Shown here piece by piece: positions 1 to 15,164 of a stretch of 64,000 nucleotides of DNA. This stretch comes from Eledone cirrhosa (taxonomy: Eukaryota). The notes under the pieces were generated by a model. The model did not search any database and was not told the DNA's origin. It saw only the letters and a program-made list of their open reading frames with translations. The stretch is from NCBI GenBank assembly GCA_964016885.1, contig OZ024740.1, forward strand, positions 130,510,001 to 130,574,000, given 5' to 3'. A program made the position numbers and the translations under genes. Position 1 is the stretch's first letter. Each line of letters begins with the position of its first letter.

Positions 1-279
1 TGTTTGTGAATGTGACGAAGGAAATACATTCTGATATGGAACAGTGTACAAAGTGTGTCTGTGAATAACATAATGTTACCTCATGTTGTTGTCAAGACAT
101 AATGGATTTCGTTTATCCAGTTAGAAGATGAAACCTAGCCATCTCGGATTAGTTATATTTCATGCCATGTGTAAACGTGTTTGAGGATAGCAAAATATGC
201 GCGTTAATTATAATAATTAGTTAATAATATTACAAAATATACCTAATTAAACTCTTTGCTTGAAATTTTATCATTCTTC

Positions 280-372
<93 letters not shown>

Positions 373-728
373 TCTAGTCGTTCGCTCAAGATTAATCTAT
401 AAGTTTAGATGTTTGCCTTCGTTTAAGTAGATATTACAGTAAGATTTTTAATATAAACAACTACAAAAAACAATTAATATTAAAACGAAAAAATTATCAA
501 TGATAAAAGAAGCGGATGCAACTTTTTTTTTTATAAAGTTATATTCCTGTTTCTTTAAAGAACATTTCATTTTTGTTCTATTGTAGGCGAAATAATGCAA
601 TGGTTTAATAGGGAAGATATAACTTACGAATTATGTCTCTAACCGTGTAACGCTTTTTAAGTAGATAACTACAATTGAAAATACTAAAGAAATGGAACCA
701 ACAATTCAATTTGAAAGTCGTCTAGTGA

Positions 729-780
729 CAGTGTATTACTGGTACTTTATTTTATCGACCCCGTAACGATGAAAGGCAAA
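729..780 (-). mobile_element. Fragment of tRNA-derived SINE (Nin-like central domain)
   Basis: tactggtactttattttatcgaccccgtaacgatgaaaggcaaa matches the fuller copies at 47171, 59733 and 63556. Confidence 0.75.
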
Positions 781-983
781 AATGCAAATGCTTAAAATTT
801 AAATTGCCTTAATTCTATCGTCTGCTGTTTCATTAAAGGGAGATTATCGTCTGTATTTAATTCTATCGTCTACTGTTCCACTAAACAGATATACCTCCAC
901 TATCGTCTCTATTTATACATTTTAACTTATAACTTATACACATTTGATTTGAAATATTTTATCTAGTCCCCCCTCTCAATATT

Positions 984-1032
984 ATGATGATTTCTTTCGA
1001 ATGAAACAGTTCTAGTCCTGTAGAAGCCATTT
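984..1032 (+). repeat. Degenerate hammerhead-like terminus of a small repeat family (also 3498-3598, ~49386, 51405-51456)
   Basis: (A)TGATGA-t-ttc-tttc-gaa-t-GAAA-cagttc-ta-gtcctgtagaagccatt. Confidence 0.45.
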
Positions 1033-1715
1033 ATATATATAATTGAACTGAGTTAAAAATTCACAATATTTATAATTAAATAAGCTCATATATATATGTG
1101 TGTATTTATCTGTTTATTGTATTATATATAATGTGTGTATATACAGGATGTCCCCCCAAAATATATACACACTTCAACAGCATTCTAATAACTATTGCCT
1201 GTACAGGTAATCAAAGTGTCAATCGAATATTAGTTTCGTGTTTTAACAGTACAAATTTACAATACACACATAAAACCAGTGTATATACATACATGAATGT
1301 GTATACACATACATGAATGTGTATATACAATATATATGTATATATATATAGACACATATATTCACGGTGCAACGGTACATTAAAATATAGATGCGGGAGA
1401 GGGGGGTGTATATATAGGGGCGCTGGGGATAAAGGAGTGTAAAGCGTGTGTAATTGATATATTGAAGGAGAGGAGCGTGCAGCGATAGAGTAACAAATAT
1501 ATAGAGAGGGGGAGAGATGGTATTGAAGGGGAGGAGTGCAAAGCGAAAGAGTAAGAGATATATATAGAGACGGAACAGATAGAGAGAAACAGGCGTAAGT
1601 AACAGTGGAAGAGATATAGAGAGAGGTACTCTGATTGGTTGAAAATTAGCCAATGACATACGATCACCACCACCACGGCTATCCCCGAAAATTTTTTAAA
1701 GAAGCTAGGCATATA

Positions 1716-1769
1716 TGTTAGAACACGAAAAGTGAACATTCTGTGTTTCACACTTTTCGTGTTCTAACA
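1716..1769. repeat. Perfect 19-bp inverted repeat (stem-loop)
   Basis: tgttagaacacgaaaagtg ... cacttttcgtgttctaaca. Confidence 0.85.
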
Positions 1770-1849
1770 GATATAGCGGCGATGAATTAGTTTTGCGAGG
1801 TTTTTTATATGAAATCGTGTGTCGAAACAAATATTGTTATACTTGGGGA

Positions 1850-2426
1850 GGGTCATATTTGTGTAATATTGCCAGAATTAATAACAGAACACACTCACTG
1901 TTTGGTTGGTTTTCGCTTCTCGCTCACTTTTATATCGGTAATCTAACTTACTCGGTCCTCAATGTTGCCATTGACTGACCGACGGTCAAAAATAATACAG
2001 ATACAATATAGACACAAACACATATATATAGTGTATCATAAATATTTTGTTGCACATCTGCAACATCGTCAGTGGTGTTATATTTTCCTCCTGTTGTGTT
2101 GTATGTCTACGCCATTTTTATTCAGTCTGAATAAAAATTGCGTATTCAGACTGAATAAACATGGCGTAGACATACAACACAACAGGACGAAAATATAACA
2201 CCACTGACGATGTTGCAGATGTGTAACGAAAGATTTATGATAAACTATATATATGTGTTTGTGTCTATATTGTATCTGTATTATTTTTGACCGTCGGTCA
2301 GTCAATGGCAACATTGAGGACCGAGTAAGTTAGATTACCGATATAAAAGAGAGCGAGAAGCGAAAACCAACCAAACACTGAGTGTGTTCTGTTATTAATT
2401 CTGGCAATATTACACAAATATGACCC
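1850..2426. mobile_element. Fold-back element (~284-bp arms, 9-nt loop) carrying a hammerhead-like motif
   Basis: 1850-2133 is the reverse complement of 2143-2426 with about 8 mismatches; CTGACGA (2204)-t-gttgca/gatg/tgtaac-GAAA (2228) in the right arm; (TA)n follows. Confidence 0.85.
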
Positions 2427-2442
2427 ATAATAATTTTAATAA

Positions 2443-2522
<80 letters not shown>

Positions 2523-2601
2523 GTCAGGTTGTAGTAAATGCGTCCGTAGTCGGTATGACGTTTGAACACTCGATGCTCACGCGGAGCAGAGTATATCATT
2601 A

Positions 2602-2849
2602 TAGATAACAAAGAATCAGTGATGCATCAACATTTAATTTATTAACATATTACATATGTTTCTCCGACGAACAGCTAAGGGTAAGATCTATTATAGATCA
2701 AACCTGACTCTGGAATCACATGTTCCTCAGATATGTTTATCGTTTTCCAAGCATTTCTTCCAACAGTCTTCCAACTGTTCGTCGGAGAAACTCATATATA
2801 GTATGTTAATTAATTGCGTTTTGATGCATCATTGATTCCTCATCATCTA
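2602..2849. mobile_element. Imperfect fold-back element with a minus-strand hammerhead-like motif (2644-2737)
   Basis: Arms gaatcagtgatgcatcaa...gtttctccgacgaacag / ctgttcgtcggagaaac...ttgatgcatcattgattc; minus strand aacatat-CTGAGGA-(~60 nt)-GAAACATATGTA-atatgtt. Confidence 0.65.
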
Positions 2850-2990
2850 AAATATAATATATATATATGCATATGCTTATACATACACCCCCCCCCACAC
2901 ACACACATATATATATATATAGTGGTAGAACACTGAAAGGTAATATCCGTAGTGGTAGAGCACTCAGTCCAGCTAGAACGAGTTAGGTAG

Positions 2991-3126
2991 AAGTGGTTAC
3001 ACAACAGTTAGTTTACCATGCCGAGAACAATTTTTCACCTCAGTGGATCCTCATCCATTACGAGCTGAGAACCCGCTAAGGTGAAACAATTGTTCTCAGT
3101 ATGTTGAACTAACTGCTGTGTAACCA

Positions 3127-3129
<3 letters not shown>
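2991..3129. mobile_element. Mini fold-back element with a degenerate hammerhead motif, abutting (TA)n
   Basis: aagtggttacac.../...gtgtaaccactt arms; cgag-CTGAGAA-ccc-gctaa-ggt-GAAA-CAATTG-TT-ctcag at 3061-3099. Confidence 0.65.
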
Positions 3130-3199
<70 letters not shown>

Positions 3200-3393
3200 G
3201 TGTAGTTATATTTTGATAAAAATAATCAGGATAAGAAATATTTACCCATTACTTTGATATCCCGGCTGCATTTTCGCTGCGTAATCTCAAGAGAAAATTC
3301 TTAGCTGAACAGTGAACATCTCAGTCAATGTTCCCAATTATCCGTTTCCAGCGATAATTTCGAATGAAAGAATGATCCTATGATTTACGAAGT

Positions 3394-3424
<31 letters not shown>

Positions 3425-3497
3425 AGTTTATCCCCGGTTCAATCGCTGATAACCACAATAAGGTACTCAATACAAGGCAGAGTTTAAATATTTAATA

Positions 3498-3598
3498 TAG
3501 AAATGGTTTCTACAGGACTAGAACTGTTTCAATCCGGCTTCCTGAATAAAACATTTCTCCCGAATGAAACATTTCTAGTCCTGTAGAAGCCATTTCTA
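3498..3598. mobile_element. Mini fold-back element
   Basis: tagaaatggtttctacaggactagaactgtttca / tgaaacatttctagtcctgtagaagccatttcta. Confidence 0.7.
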
Positions 3599-3600
3599 AT

Positions 3601-4677
<1,077 letters not shown>

Positions 4678-5457
4678 TTTCATGTTAATAAAATGCTAGT
4701 TGTGATGATAATAACAACCGCACTGATAATATTAATAGTTGACAACAACACCAGCTGCAACAACAACGACGATAATAATAATATTAATAATAACAATATC
4801 AATATGAAAATAATAGCGATAATAATAATAGTGAGAGTAATATTTCATATACTAACGGGACGATATTATGATTGCAAGACAAATAAATTATGAAGTATAT
4901 ATATATGAAATAAAGGATAGAGAACAAATTGATAAAATATTGGACAAAAATTGAACATATCTGAAAGTAAAAATAAGAGTAATGTCCTGTGATAGAATAT
5001 GAGGAGAAAACAAAAAAAAAACAAGCTTTATGTAAAACTTTTCCTAACACAAGCTGTGCGCAATGGAGCGTAGTGAACAGGGACTGTTTAGCACTACAAA
5101 AGGAAATGCGCATGGCTTTGACAAAACAGGAAGCAATCGTTTGCTACCCTAGCTGGTAATATCCGGTAAGCGGTGCGTTACAGCTGTTTGGAAACAAACC
5201 CAACAAGGAAATGAATAAAGATATCATTAGTTAGTCAGTAAATATTGAATTCATGTTGCGCCACGTCACGCTTTAAGGCTTTTTCGCTAAAACTGGACAG
5301 TGTTGAAGTAGTAAGGTGGATTGTGTCCTGATGGGAAGAGTTGGTAGGGTTGGTTCCGTTACTGTAGGAATTTAGGTCGTAAAACTATTTATTAAGACAT
5401 ACACACGTTTATGATTATATGAGAATATTCATAACCTACGAACTAATATAATAAAAG

Positions 5458-6835
<1,378 letters not shown>

Positions 6836-7499
6836 ATTATGCATATATCAGTTATCTTTAATCTTATGTGCGTTTCTATGTATGTGTGCATCTGAATAAA
6901 TGTGTGCGTGTGTGCGTGTATGTGCGCATGTAAATAGCGACGGGTGTTTAGTCATATCAATACATATTTGTCCTATATTCTACATGCATTGATCAGCCAA
7001 TTGTAGTTTCGATTCCCATATCAGTGAAATGAAACCTACGTACACTATTTGTGCAATTTTATTTGCATATTACATTTGATATTTTCTCAAATAAAATAAC
7101 TATTCAAAACACCCTCGATTCTAAATTAGAAAATCTATTTCGGGACTCTTTTAACATGTCAGTATACTAACTGATGATGTAGCATATTCCTTTAAAATGT
7201 ATATGTAAATACTAAAATTATTAGGAAATATATAGTGAACTGGTACAATTCTCATTCTTTCGGCATTTATAAATGCAAATATCTAACATGCATATTAAAC
7301 ATTTGAGCATAACAAATGATTGTGAGGAAGAATACTTAATAGAGATGACACTCTCATGAATACCTGTCTGATGGTCGGTTATTTCAATTAAATAAAATGT
7401 TATACAAAGCATTTTTGATTTCTTTTTCATAATTATCAAATATATTTACTCATGGCTTTAGGCATCAACATTAAAATTCAAATCATTTATGCAAATATA

Positions 7500-8676
7500 T
7501 TTGGTTGAACTGAAAGTTCCCAACGTTTTTCAAAATGAGTTATTTTGGTAGGGTTTTTTGGAAATGTTCCACAAATGATACAACACATATTCTTGGTAAG
7601 CACTATATGGATTTCACATTGTTTTACGACGTCATAGTGTAAGTAGCATGTATCTATACAAATCTTTGTTTTTTTTTTGTTTTTTTTTTGACAGTTTACT
7701 TTATGGTTTCAAATATGGTCTATGTTCAGCAGCATTCAGTTGTTGCATAACCCATGCGTTTGGATCGCACTCCATGTCTGAACGCAATGCCAGGGACTTG
7801 TTTAGAGGCTTCCGTTTCGGTGAATAACAGCATTGAAGATCGATCAACCACAGGATATCCGTCCGACATTAGATGAACAACTGTGTGAGCAGGTGGAAAC
7901 AGACACATACCAGACATAACGGCAATTGTGTGAGGTTCATAGTCCATCGAAAACAACCACCCCTAATCAAATGCATGCTATTGGGAATATCTACAAGCTG
8001 AACCAATGGGTGCCCCACAATCTGAAATACCTTAATCATGTATGTCAGGCGGCAGCTTCATGTTTTTGGCTCTCCTATCATCGCACATTCAACTGTTGGC
8101 GGGAAGCAGGGGCAAACAAAGCCATACTTAACGTCTGGTGAGTCTAGAAATGTGTCAACCAGTACGGGATGCTTGCAATGAACACCAGTATAACCTGTGA
8201 AGTATAGTTTCAACAACTTCATAGGTGGGCGGCAAAACATGCACAGGAGCACCCACACCACGGTCCTGTTTAATAATCCCTCATAATGCTGTGTCGCATT
8301 AATATATGATGACCCATGACAAATGGCTATAGCTTATGTGGGATATTTTGCACCATCGACCATATCCACACCACCCTGCGCCTTCAATCTGCCACTTTTT
8401 TCTCTGAATCAGAAATGCAATGCTGTCAAAGACTTCGATCATGTAGACCAATTAAATTCGTGGTTGACGCAATTCATTACATCGATGCCAGACATTTATG
8501 GGTTTGGAATCCTCTACTTCACAACACCCCGGTAGACTGTAATAGTAAATATTTTAAACTCATGGTTAATCTCAAATACTGACGATTATTTTGACTAGCA
8601 AATATTACTACTGCTACAAAACGCCAAAGTCAATGAATATTTAAGTAAAACGGCAAGAACTTTGTGTCGAACCTAA
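7500..8676 (+). mobile_element. Decayed mariner DNA transposon
   Basis: Imperfect TIRs tttggttgaactgaaagttc / gaactttgtgtcgaacctaa flanked by TA; transposase remnant KLNQWVPHNL (WVPHEL motif) and a YSPDLAP-like remnant near 8350-8400. Confidence 0.75.
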
Positions 8677-8991
8677 TAATTGGCAACTCTCAAATAATCA
8701 TATTAAATGTGATTCAGATTATCCTAAATGATTGTTTAATATCAGTGACATATTCTTAAATAACTCACGTAACACCCAGTATCAATATTAACATTTATGG
8801 AAATATATTTAAAAGATTGTTACAGATAATACAAATATAATTCCATTAATAATTTTATTTACTTGTTTATTTGAAATTTCGGATTTATTCTTAGAGAAAG
8901 TCGGTGATATGAATGACCGAAATCTGGACAATGCAACTGCTTCCGATCTGCTGATACATTTTGAAGCACATAAAATAAAAACCACAGCTGC

Positions 8992-9114
<123 letters not shown>

Positions 9115-9117
9115 CCA

Positions 9118-9150
<33 letters not shown>

Positions 9151-9272
9151 ATCTATCTCTCTATATCTCTCTCTCATTGTCACTCTCTCATTACATCTCT
9201 CTCTCATTATCTATCTATCTCTCTCCCTCTCCCTCTCTCTCTAATATATATATATTTATATATATATATTTA

Positions 9273-9310
<38 letters not shown>

Positions 9311-9674
9311 GAAATATCCGCAGTTAACTATGGGGTCTAGTCAGCATGAAGAGCTCAATATAATCCATATGTTGATACTGTTGTAGGTTAAAATAAATCC
9401 CGGAAAACAGAATAATCAAAAAAATCTTCAAAAGGAAAACAGAGTCATGATATAAGTTAAAACAATGAATTACAAATTCAAGTCATTAGGAAAATATTTC
9501 ACTGCTTTACGATCGTTTCTAGGTGATATTAATACAACTTACGCATATTTCGTTATTGATCTATATAAGGTTAGTTACAAAATATCAGATAAGGAGAATA
9601 TTTAACTTATTGTATATCATCAGCTGTTGTCAAACGCATTGCTTCCAATGAATAAATCCGACCATTTTATATTA

Positions 9675-9689
9675 ACTAGAAATTGATTG

Positions 9690-9720
<31 letters not shown>

Positions 9721-9742
9721 TATATATATATAAATATAAATA

Positions 9743-9804
<62 letters not shown>

Positions 9805-10380
9805 ATAAACATATGAAACAATCACAGGGGATAATTTGTAAAGTGTGTAAGCACACACAGCTAGGTAGGTAACCAATTAAAGTTTACCTAGAACTTCATA
9901 TATAGATACCTTTTAAAATGATTAATCTTCCATATATATATTTCATTAAAGAAATATACTTCACCATTAATCGGTAAATCACAGTAGTCAAACGGATTTT
10001 CAACAAGGGAGAGATTTAACTATCTGTGTTTACACAGCAAATGTAAATATTCGAATGACCTGTAGCAAGTGTTGCATTTTCTAAAAAATACACACATCGA
10101 ACCAGCGTCATCCCAGTGACGCCAATAGGATTATCAACAGATAGAAATAGCAGCCGAGTCCCTTCAACTGTAATTTACCGATTAATGGTGAAACATATCT
10201 ATTTAATGTAATATATACAAGGAAGATTAATAATTTTAAAAGGCATCAATATTTGATGTTCTAGTTAAACTTTAACTGGTTACCTACCTAATGTGTGTGC
10301 TTACACACTTTACAAATTATCGCTTCTGATTATTTCATATGTTTTTTCTAGATATATATATATGTCAATCAATTTCTAGT
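9675..10380. mobile_element. Diverged fold-back element with ~180-bp spacer; microsatellite expanded in the left arm
   Basis: actagaaattgattgaca / tgtcaatcaatttctagt termini; ~9800-9985 complementary to ~10167-10350. Confidence 0.8.
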
Positions 10381-10381
10381 G

Positions 10382-10417
<36 letters not shown>

Positions 10418-10418
<1 letters not shown>

Positions 10419-10752
10419 GGAAAAAATGAAATTTCATTTCTCAATCTTCGTACATACATATATGTATACAGACGTACAGTAGTATGTATATACATACATG
10501 CACACATAAATATATGTACGTATGGGTCTACCGAACATTGATTGTAATGCTTGGTTTGTTTGTAAACAGACAGCCCAAATTAAGCCGTACAGTGTTCGGC
10601 AACCGTCGTTGCCCTTATGTTCAACACTGACAAAGGAACGATGAACTAGTTTCTAGGTTATTAGCTATCATCAGCACCGTATACCTTCCTGTCAATCGAT
10701 TGATATTAACGGCTGAGCAGCCTAATTTGTATATCGAGTGTGTTAGCCGGCC
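10418..10752 (-). repeat. Inverted, more diverged copy of the ~420-bp hammerhead repeat unit
   Basis: Reverse complement aligns to the 11130-12370 units, e.g. attaacggctgagcagcctaatttg. Confidence 0.8.
10638..10680 (-). ncRNA. Minimal type I hammerhead ribozyme motif
   Basis: acggtg-CTGATGA-tagctaataaccta-GAAA-CTAG-TT-catcgt; 6-bp stem I with one G.U. Confidence 0.7.
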
Positions 10753-10836
10753 GTAATGTTCTTAGTTAGTATTTTCTCCACCCTAGTGGTTCGCATCCCT
10801 TGAACGCATATAATTATATTACTGTGTTTGTCACTA

Positions 10837-10920
<84 letters not shown>

Positions 10921-11289
10921 TTATTAAAATAACAGATTAGAGTTTAAGCAAAGAACCGCTGTTTTCACCCTTAACGGAATCTTATATACATATTTATATA
11001 TATATATATATAAACGGAAAAATGAATCGAAATTCCATTTCTCAGTATTAGTACGGTTGTTACTCATAAGTATTTATAAGTACATATATGTATGTACGTA
11101 TGCATACTTATATTTAAGTACCAGCCGTACTAAGTGTGATAAATTAAATTTCGTTTCATTTTTTCCGTTTATCGTTTTCGATACCCCGGCCGATTAACTC
11201 AATCGATATGCAAATTAGGCTGCTCAGCCGTTAATATGCATAAGGAAAGTATATACATTCAGACGTTCAATCATCTGGCAGGAAGGTAT

Positions 11290-11332
11290 ACTTTACTGAC
11301 GATAGCTAATGAGCTTGAAACTAGTACAGCGT
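11290..11332 (+). ncRNA. Minimal hammerhead motif, unit 1
   Basis: CTGACGA-t-agct-aatg-agct-t-GAAA-CTAG-TA-cagcgt; stem I imperfect. Confidence 0.65.
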
Positions 11333-11702
11333 TCCTTTGTCAGTGTTGAACAAATGAGCAACGATGGTTGCTAGACACTGTACGGCTTTATTCGGGATGT
11401 TTGTTTACAAACACACCGAGCATTATAATAAATGTTCGGTGAATCCATACGTACATATATATATGTGTGCATGTATGTATATATACATACTACTGTACGT
11501 CTGTATACATATATGTATGCAGGTATACATACTTATATTTAAGTAACAACAGTATTAAGATTGAGAAATGAAATTTCGTTTCATTTTTTCCGTTTATCGT
11601 TTTCAATATGCAAATTTCGATATGCAAATTAGGCTGCTCAGCCGTTAATATGCATAAGGAAAGTATATATTTCAGACGTTCAATCATCTGGCAGGAAGGT
11701 AT

Positions 11703-11745
11703 ACGTTGATGACGATAGCTGATAAGCTTGAAACTAGTACAGCAT
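11703..11745 (+). ncRNA. Minimal hammerhead motif, unit 2 (core C3 to A)
   Basis: acgttg-ATGACGA-tagctgataagctt-GAAA-CTAG-TA-cagcat. Confidence 0.55.
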
Positions 11746-12129
11746 TACGTTGTCAGTGGTGAACAAACGAGCAACGATGGTTGCTACACACTGTACGGAT
11801 TTATTCGGGATGTTTGTTTACAGACACACTGAGCATCATAATAAATGTTCCGTGAATCCATACATACATATATATATATATATGTGTGCATGTATGTATA
11901 TATATAGAGAGAGACTACTGTACGTCTGTATACATATATGTATGTACGTATATTTAAATAACAGCCGTACTAAGAGTGAGAAATGAAATTTCGTTTCTTG
12001 TTTTCCGTTTATCGTTTTCGGTACCCCGGCCGATTAACTCTTTCGATATGCAAATTAGGCTGCTCAGCCGTTAATATGCATAAGGAAAGTATATACTTTC
12101 AGACATTCAATCATCTGGCAGGAAGGTAT

Positions 12130-12172
12130 ACTTTGCTGACGATAGCTAATGAGCTTGAAACTAGTACAGCGT
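12130..12172 (+). ncRNA. Minimal hammerhead motif, unit 3
   Basis: actttg-CTGACGA-tagctaatgagctt-GAAA-CTAG-TA-cagcgt. Confidence 0.7.
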
Positions 12173-12379
12173 TCCTTTGTCAGTGTTGAACAAATGAGCA
12201 GCGATGGTTGCTAGACACTGTACGGCTTAACTCAGGATGTTTGTTTACAAACGCACCGAGCATTATAATAAATGTTCGGTGAATCCATAAGTACATATAT
12301 ATATATATATGTGTGCATGTATGTATATATATATACATACTACTGTACGCCTGTATACATATATGTATGTACTTATACA

Positions 12380-12458
<79 letters not shown>

Positions 12459-12514
12459 CGAGAGAGAGAGAGAGAGATAGGTAACAGTGAGAGAGAGAAA
12501 GAGAAAGAATAAGA

Positions 12515-12985
12515 ATGTTGTGTAGTTGCTTGTTAAGGTAGGCTTAAAATCAAGAAGAAAGCAAGAACGAGTGATGGAGAGTAAGTTTTCCTCATCAGTT
12601 GACTACTGGGGTTCTCAAATATTTCAACGCTTTAAAGACAATATCTCTACACCCATCGCGTTAAATAACTACGGAAGTTATTGGGAAAACGGCGGAGACA
12701 GGGAAGCAAAAGAGAAAGGAAAAGAGAAAAAAAGGGAAGAAAAGATAAAAACATATATATATATATACAATGATATTTAATAAATGTAAACTATATTTAT
12801 AAAACCATATTTATTCTATTATATATATTTCAAGGGTACCAAAATAGTTGGTAGGCAATCATCAGAAGTGTGTTTTATAAATGTTGACATAACATTTAAT
12901 AACATTGTATATTATACTCCAGAAAAGGTTGTTGAGTGCTATGAATCAGTTATGAACATTTATATTTGTTGAATTACCAACACAT
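12515..12985 (-). mobile_element. Degraded Penelope-like remnant: possible GIY-YIG C-terminal tail plus hammerhead motif at 12812-12865
   Basis: Minus strand CTGATGA-...taccaa/ttggta...-GAAA-TATATA-TA; 12781-12835 resembles 21584-21640. Confidence 0.45.
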
Positions 12986-13000
12986 TGAATATCCCTTCTG

Positions 13001-13938
<938 letters not shown>

Positions 13939-13945
13939 TATATTT

Positions 13946-14143
13946 AATTGTTTCTCCTTTTGGCACAAGGCGAGCAATTACCCAGTGCATTAGTTGTACT
14001 TTATTTTAACGAGCCCGTAAGGATGAAAAGCTAACAACGACAAAATGTTAACCACGAGAGGATTTGAACTCAGACGGTAAAGCGACATAACTATGCTGGA
14101 TAGTAGTGCACAGACCCTCTCCCCATACTGCCTGTTCATCGCC
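13946..14143 (-). mobile_element. Diverged tRNA-derived SINE
   Basis: Same family as 47171 and 59733 (ggcacaagg...cccgtaaggatgaaa...gatttgaactcaga). Confidence 0.75.
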
Positions 14144-14407
14144 ATAACTATTGGTGTATTCTCTTTTACCCGGTAATGGGATGTCCTTCAGTGATGCCAC
14201 AGTTGTGAGTTTATTCATAATAGCTGCGGTCCGTTTCTGTATGAAGCGCTCAACAAGGTGTGGAGCATGGGGTAGGCAAGAAAGAAAGTGTTGGTAAAAT
14301 CCAGTACTTCAGTATGCGGATATGGATCGCTCAACGAAGATATAAGTTCCGGAGTTATAATAGTGACGAAACATAAGTCAATTGCGTGAAATCATAATCC
14401 TTTATTT

Positions 14408-14463
14408 ACTGCTATATATATTTCGATGATAGCCATTGAATGGTTATCACCTCATCAGGCAGT
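14408..14463 (-). ncRNA. Hammerhead ribozyme in the PLE UTR (intact core)
   Basis: actgc-CTGATGA-ggtgataaccat-tca-atggctatcatc-GAAA-TATATA-TA-gcagt. Confidence 0.85.
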
Positions 14464-15164
14464 TAGTCAGTTTTAGATATGACAGCTCTGTGTTTATAGT
14501 GTTGATGGTATCAGAACCTTGGGGCATATGAGCTGGTTAGGAATAATTTAATGTTGTCAGCAGGAATAGTCTTGATTTTAATTGTTCAGTTTGTAGATGG
14601 GAGTAGGGTTGGTATTTGACCTCAAAGAGGCAGGTGGTTTTGTTAAGTTCCAACCGTCAGGCAAGATGACAATAGTTCCATATGACTGATTTTCACAAAA
14701 AGCATTCCTGGTCAGTTATATATTCAATTAAGGTTAATAGTATTAAATGTATACTACAGGTCATTCTTAAATTGAGGAATTTATGTGGAGTGGTGGTACT
14801 GAAATTTATGGTTGGAGTAGAACATTTACAAATAAAAAGACTTATGTAGGTTGGCTGGCACTACACTCACACTTACCTCCACAGACACACACACACACAC
14901 ATCCACACATACAAAATGTGGGGCGGTAATACTTAAAATAATGGTTAGAGTCCAATACTTAGATAGCATAGAAAATTTAAAAATTTAAGGTTTATGCTGG
15001 TTGACTTGTACATACACTCAGACCTACCCCCTCAGACACTCACACATCTACACACACAATAGGGACCACAAACTATGGGTGGTTGTTGTTATCCATTGGT
15101 CATTGGTACGGGGTGTAGGGGACCTACATGGTGGGGGGGCGTTGTGAGAGGCCGTAACCGGGGT

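Larger units (their letters stand above)
11015..12375 (+). repeat. Tandem array of three ~413-427-bp units (plus a partial lead-in), one hammerhead per unit; retrozyme-like
   Basis: Hammerhead cores at 11296, 11709 and 12136; shared gcaaattaggctgctcagccgttaatatgcataagg in each unit. Confidence 0.85.

Noticed and set aside
1962-2314. Two near-identical 78-aa ORFs on opposite strands
   Set aside because: By-product of the palindrome; no recognisable domain
9500-9625. Hammerhead halves on the minus strand (CTGATGA ... GAAACGATCGTA)
   Set aside because: About 95 nt apart with no convincing stem I or stem II
11015-12375. CRISPR-like or coding tandem repeat
   Set aside because: Whole units are repeated, with no unique spacers; ORFs are not kept in frame between units; eukaryotic context
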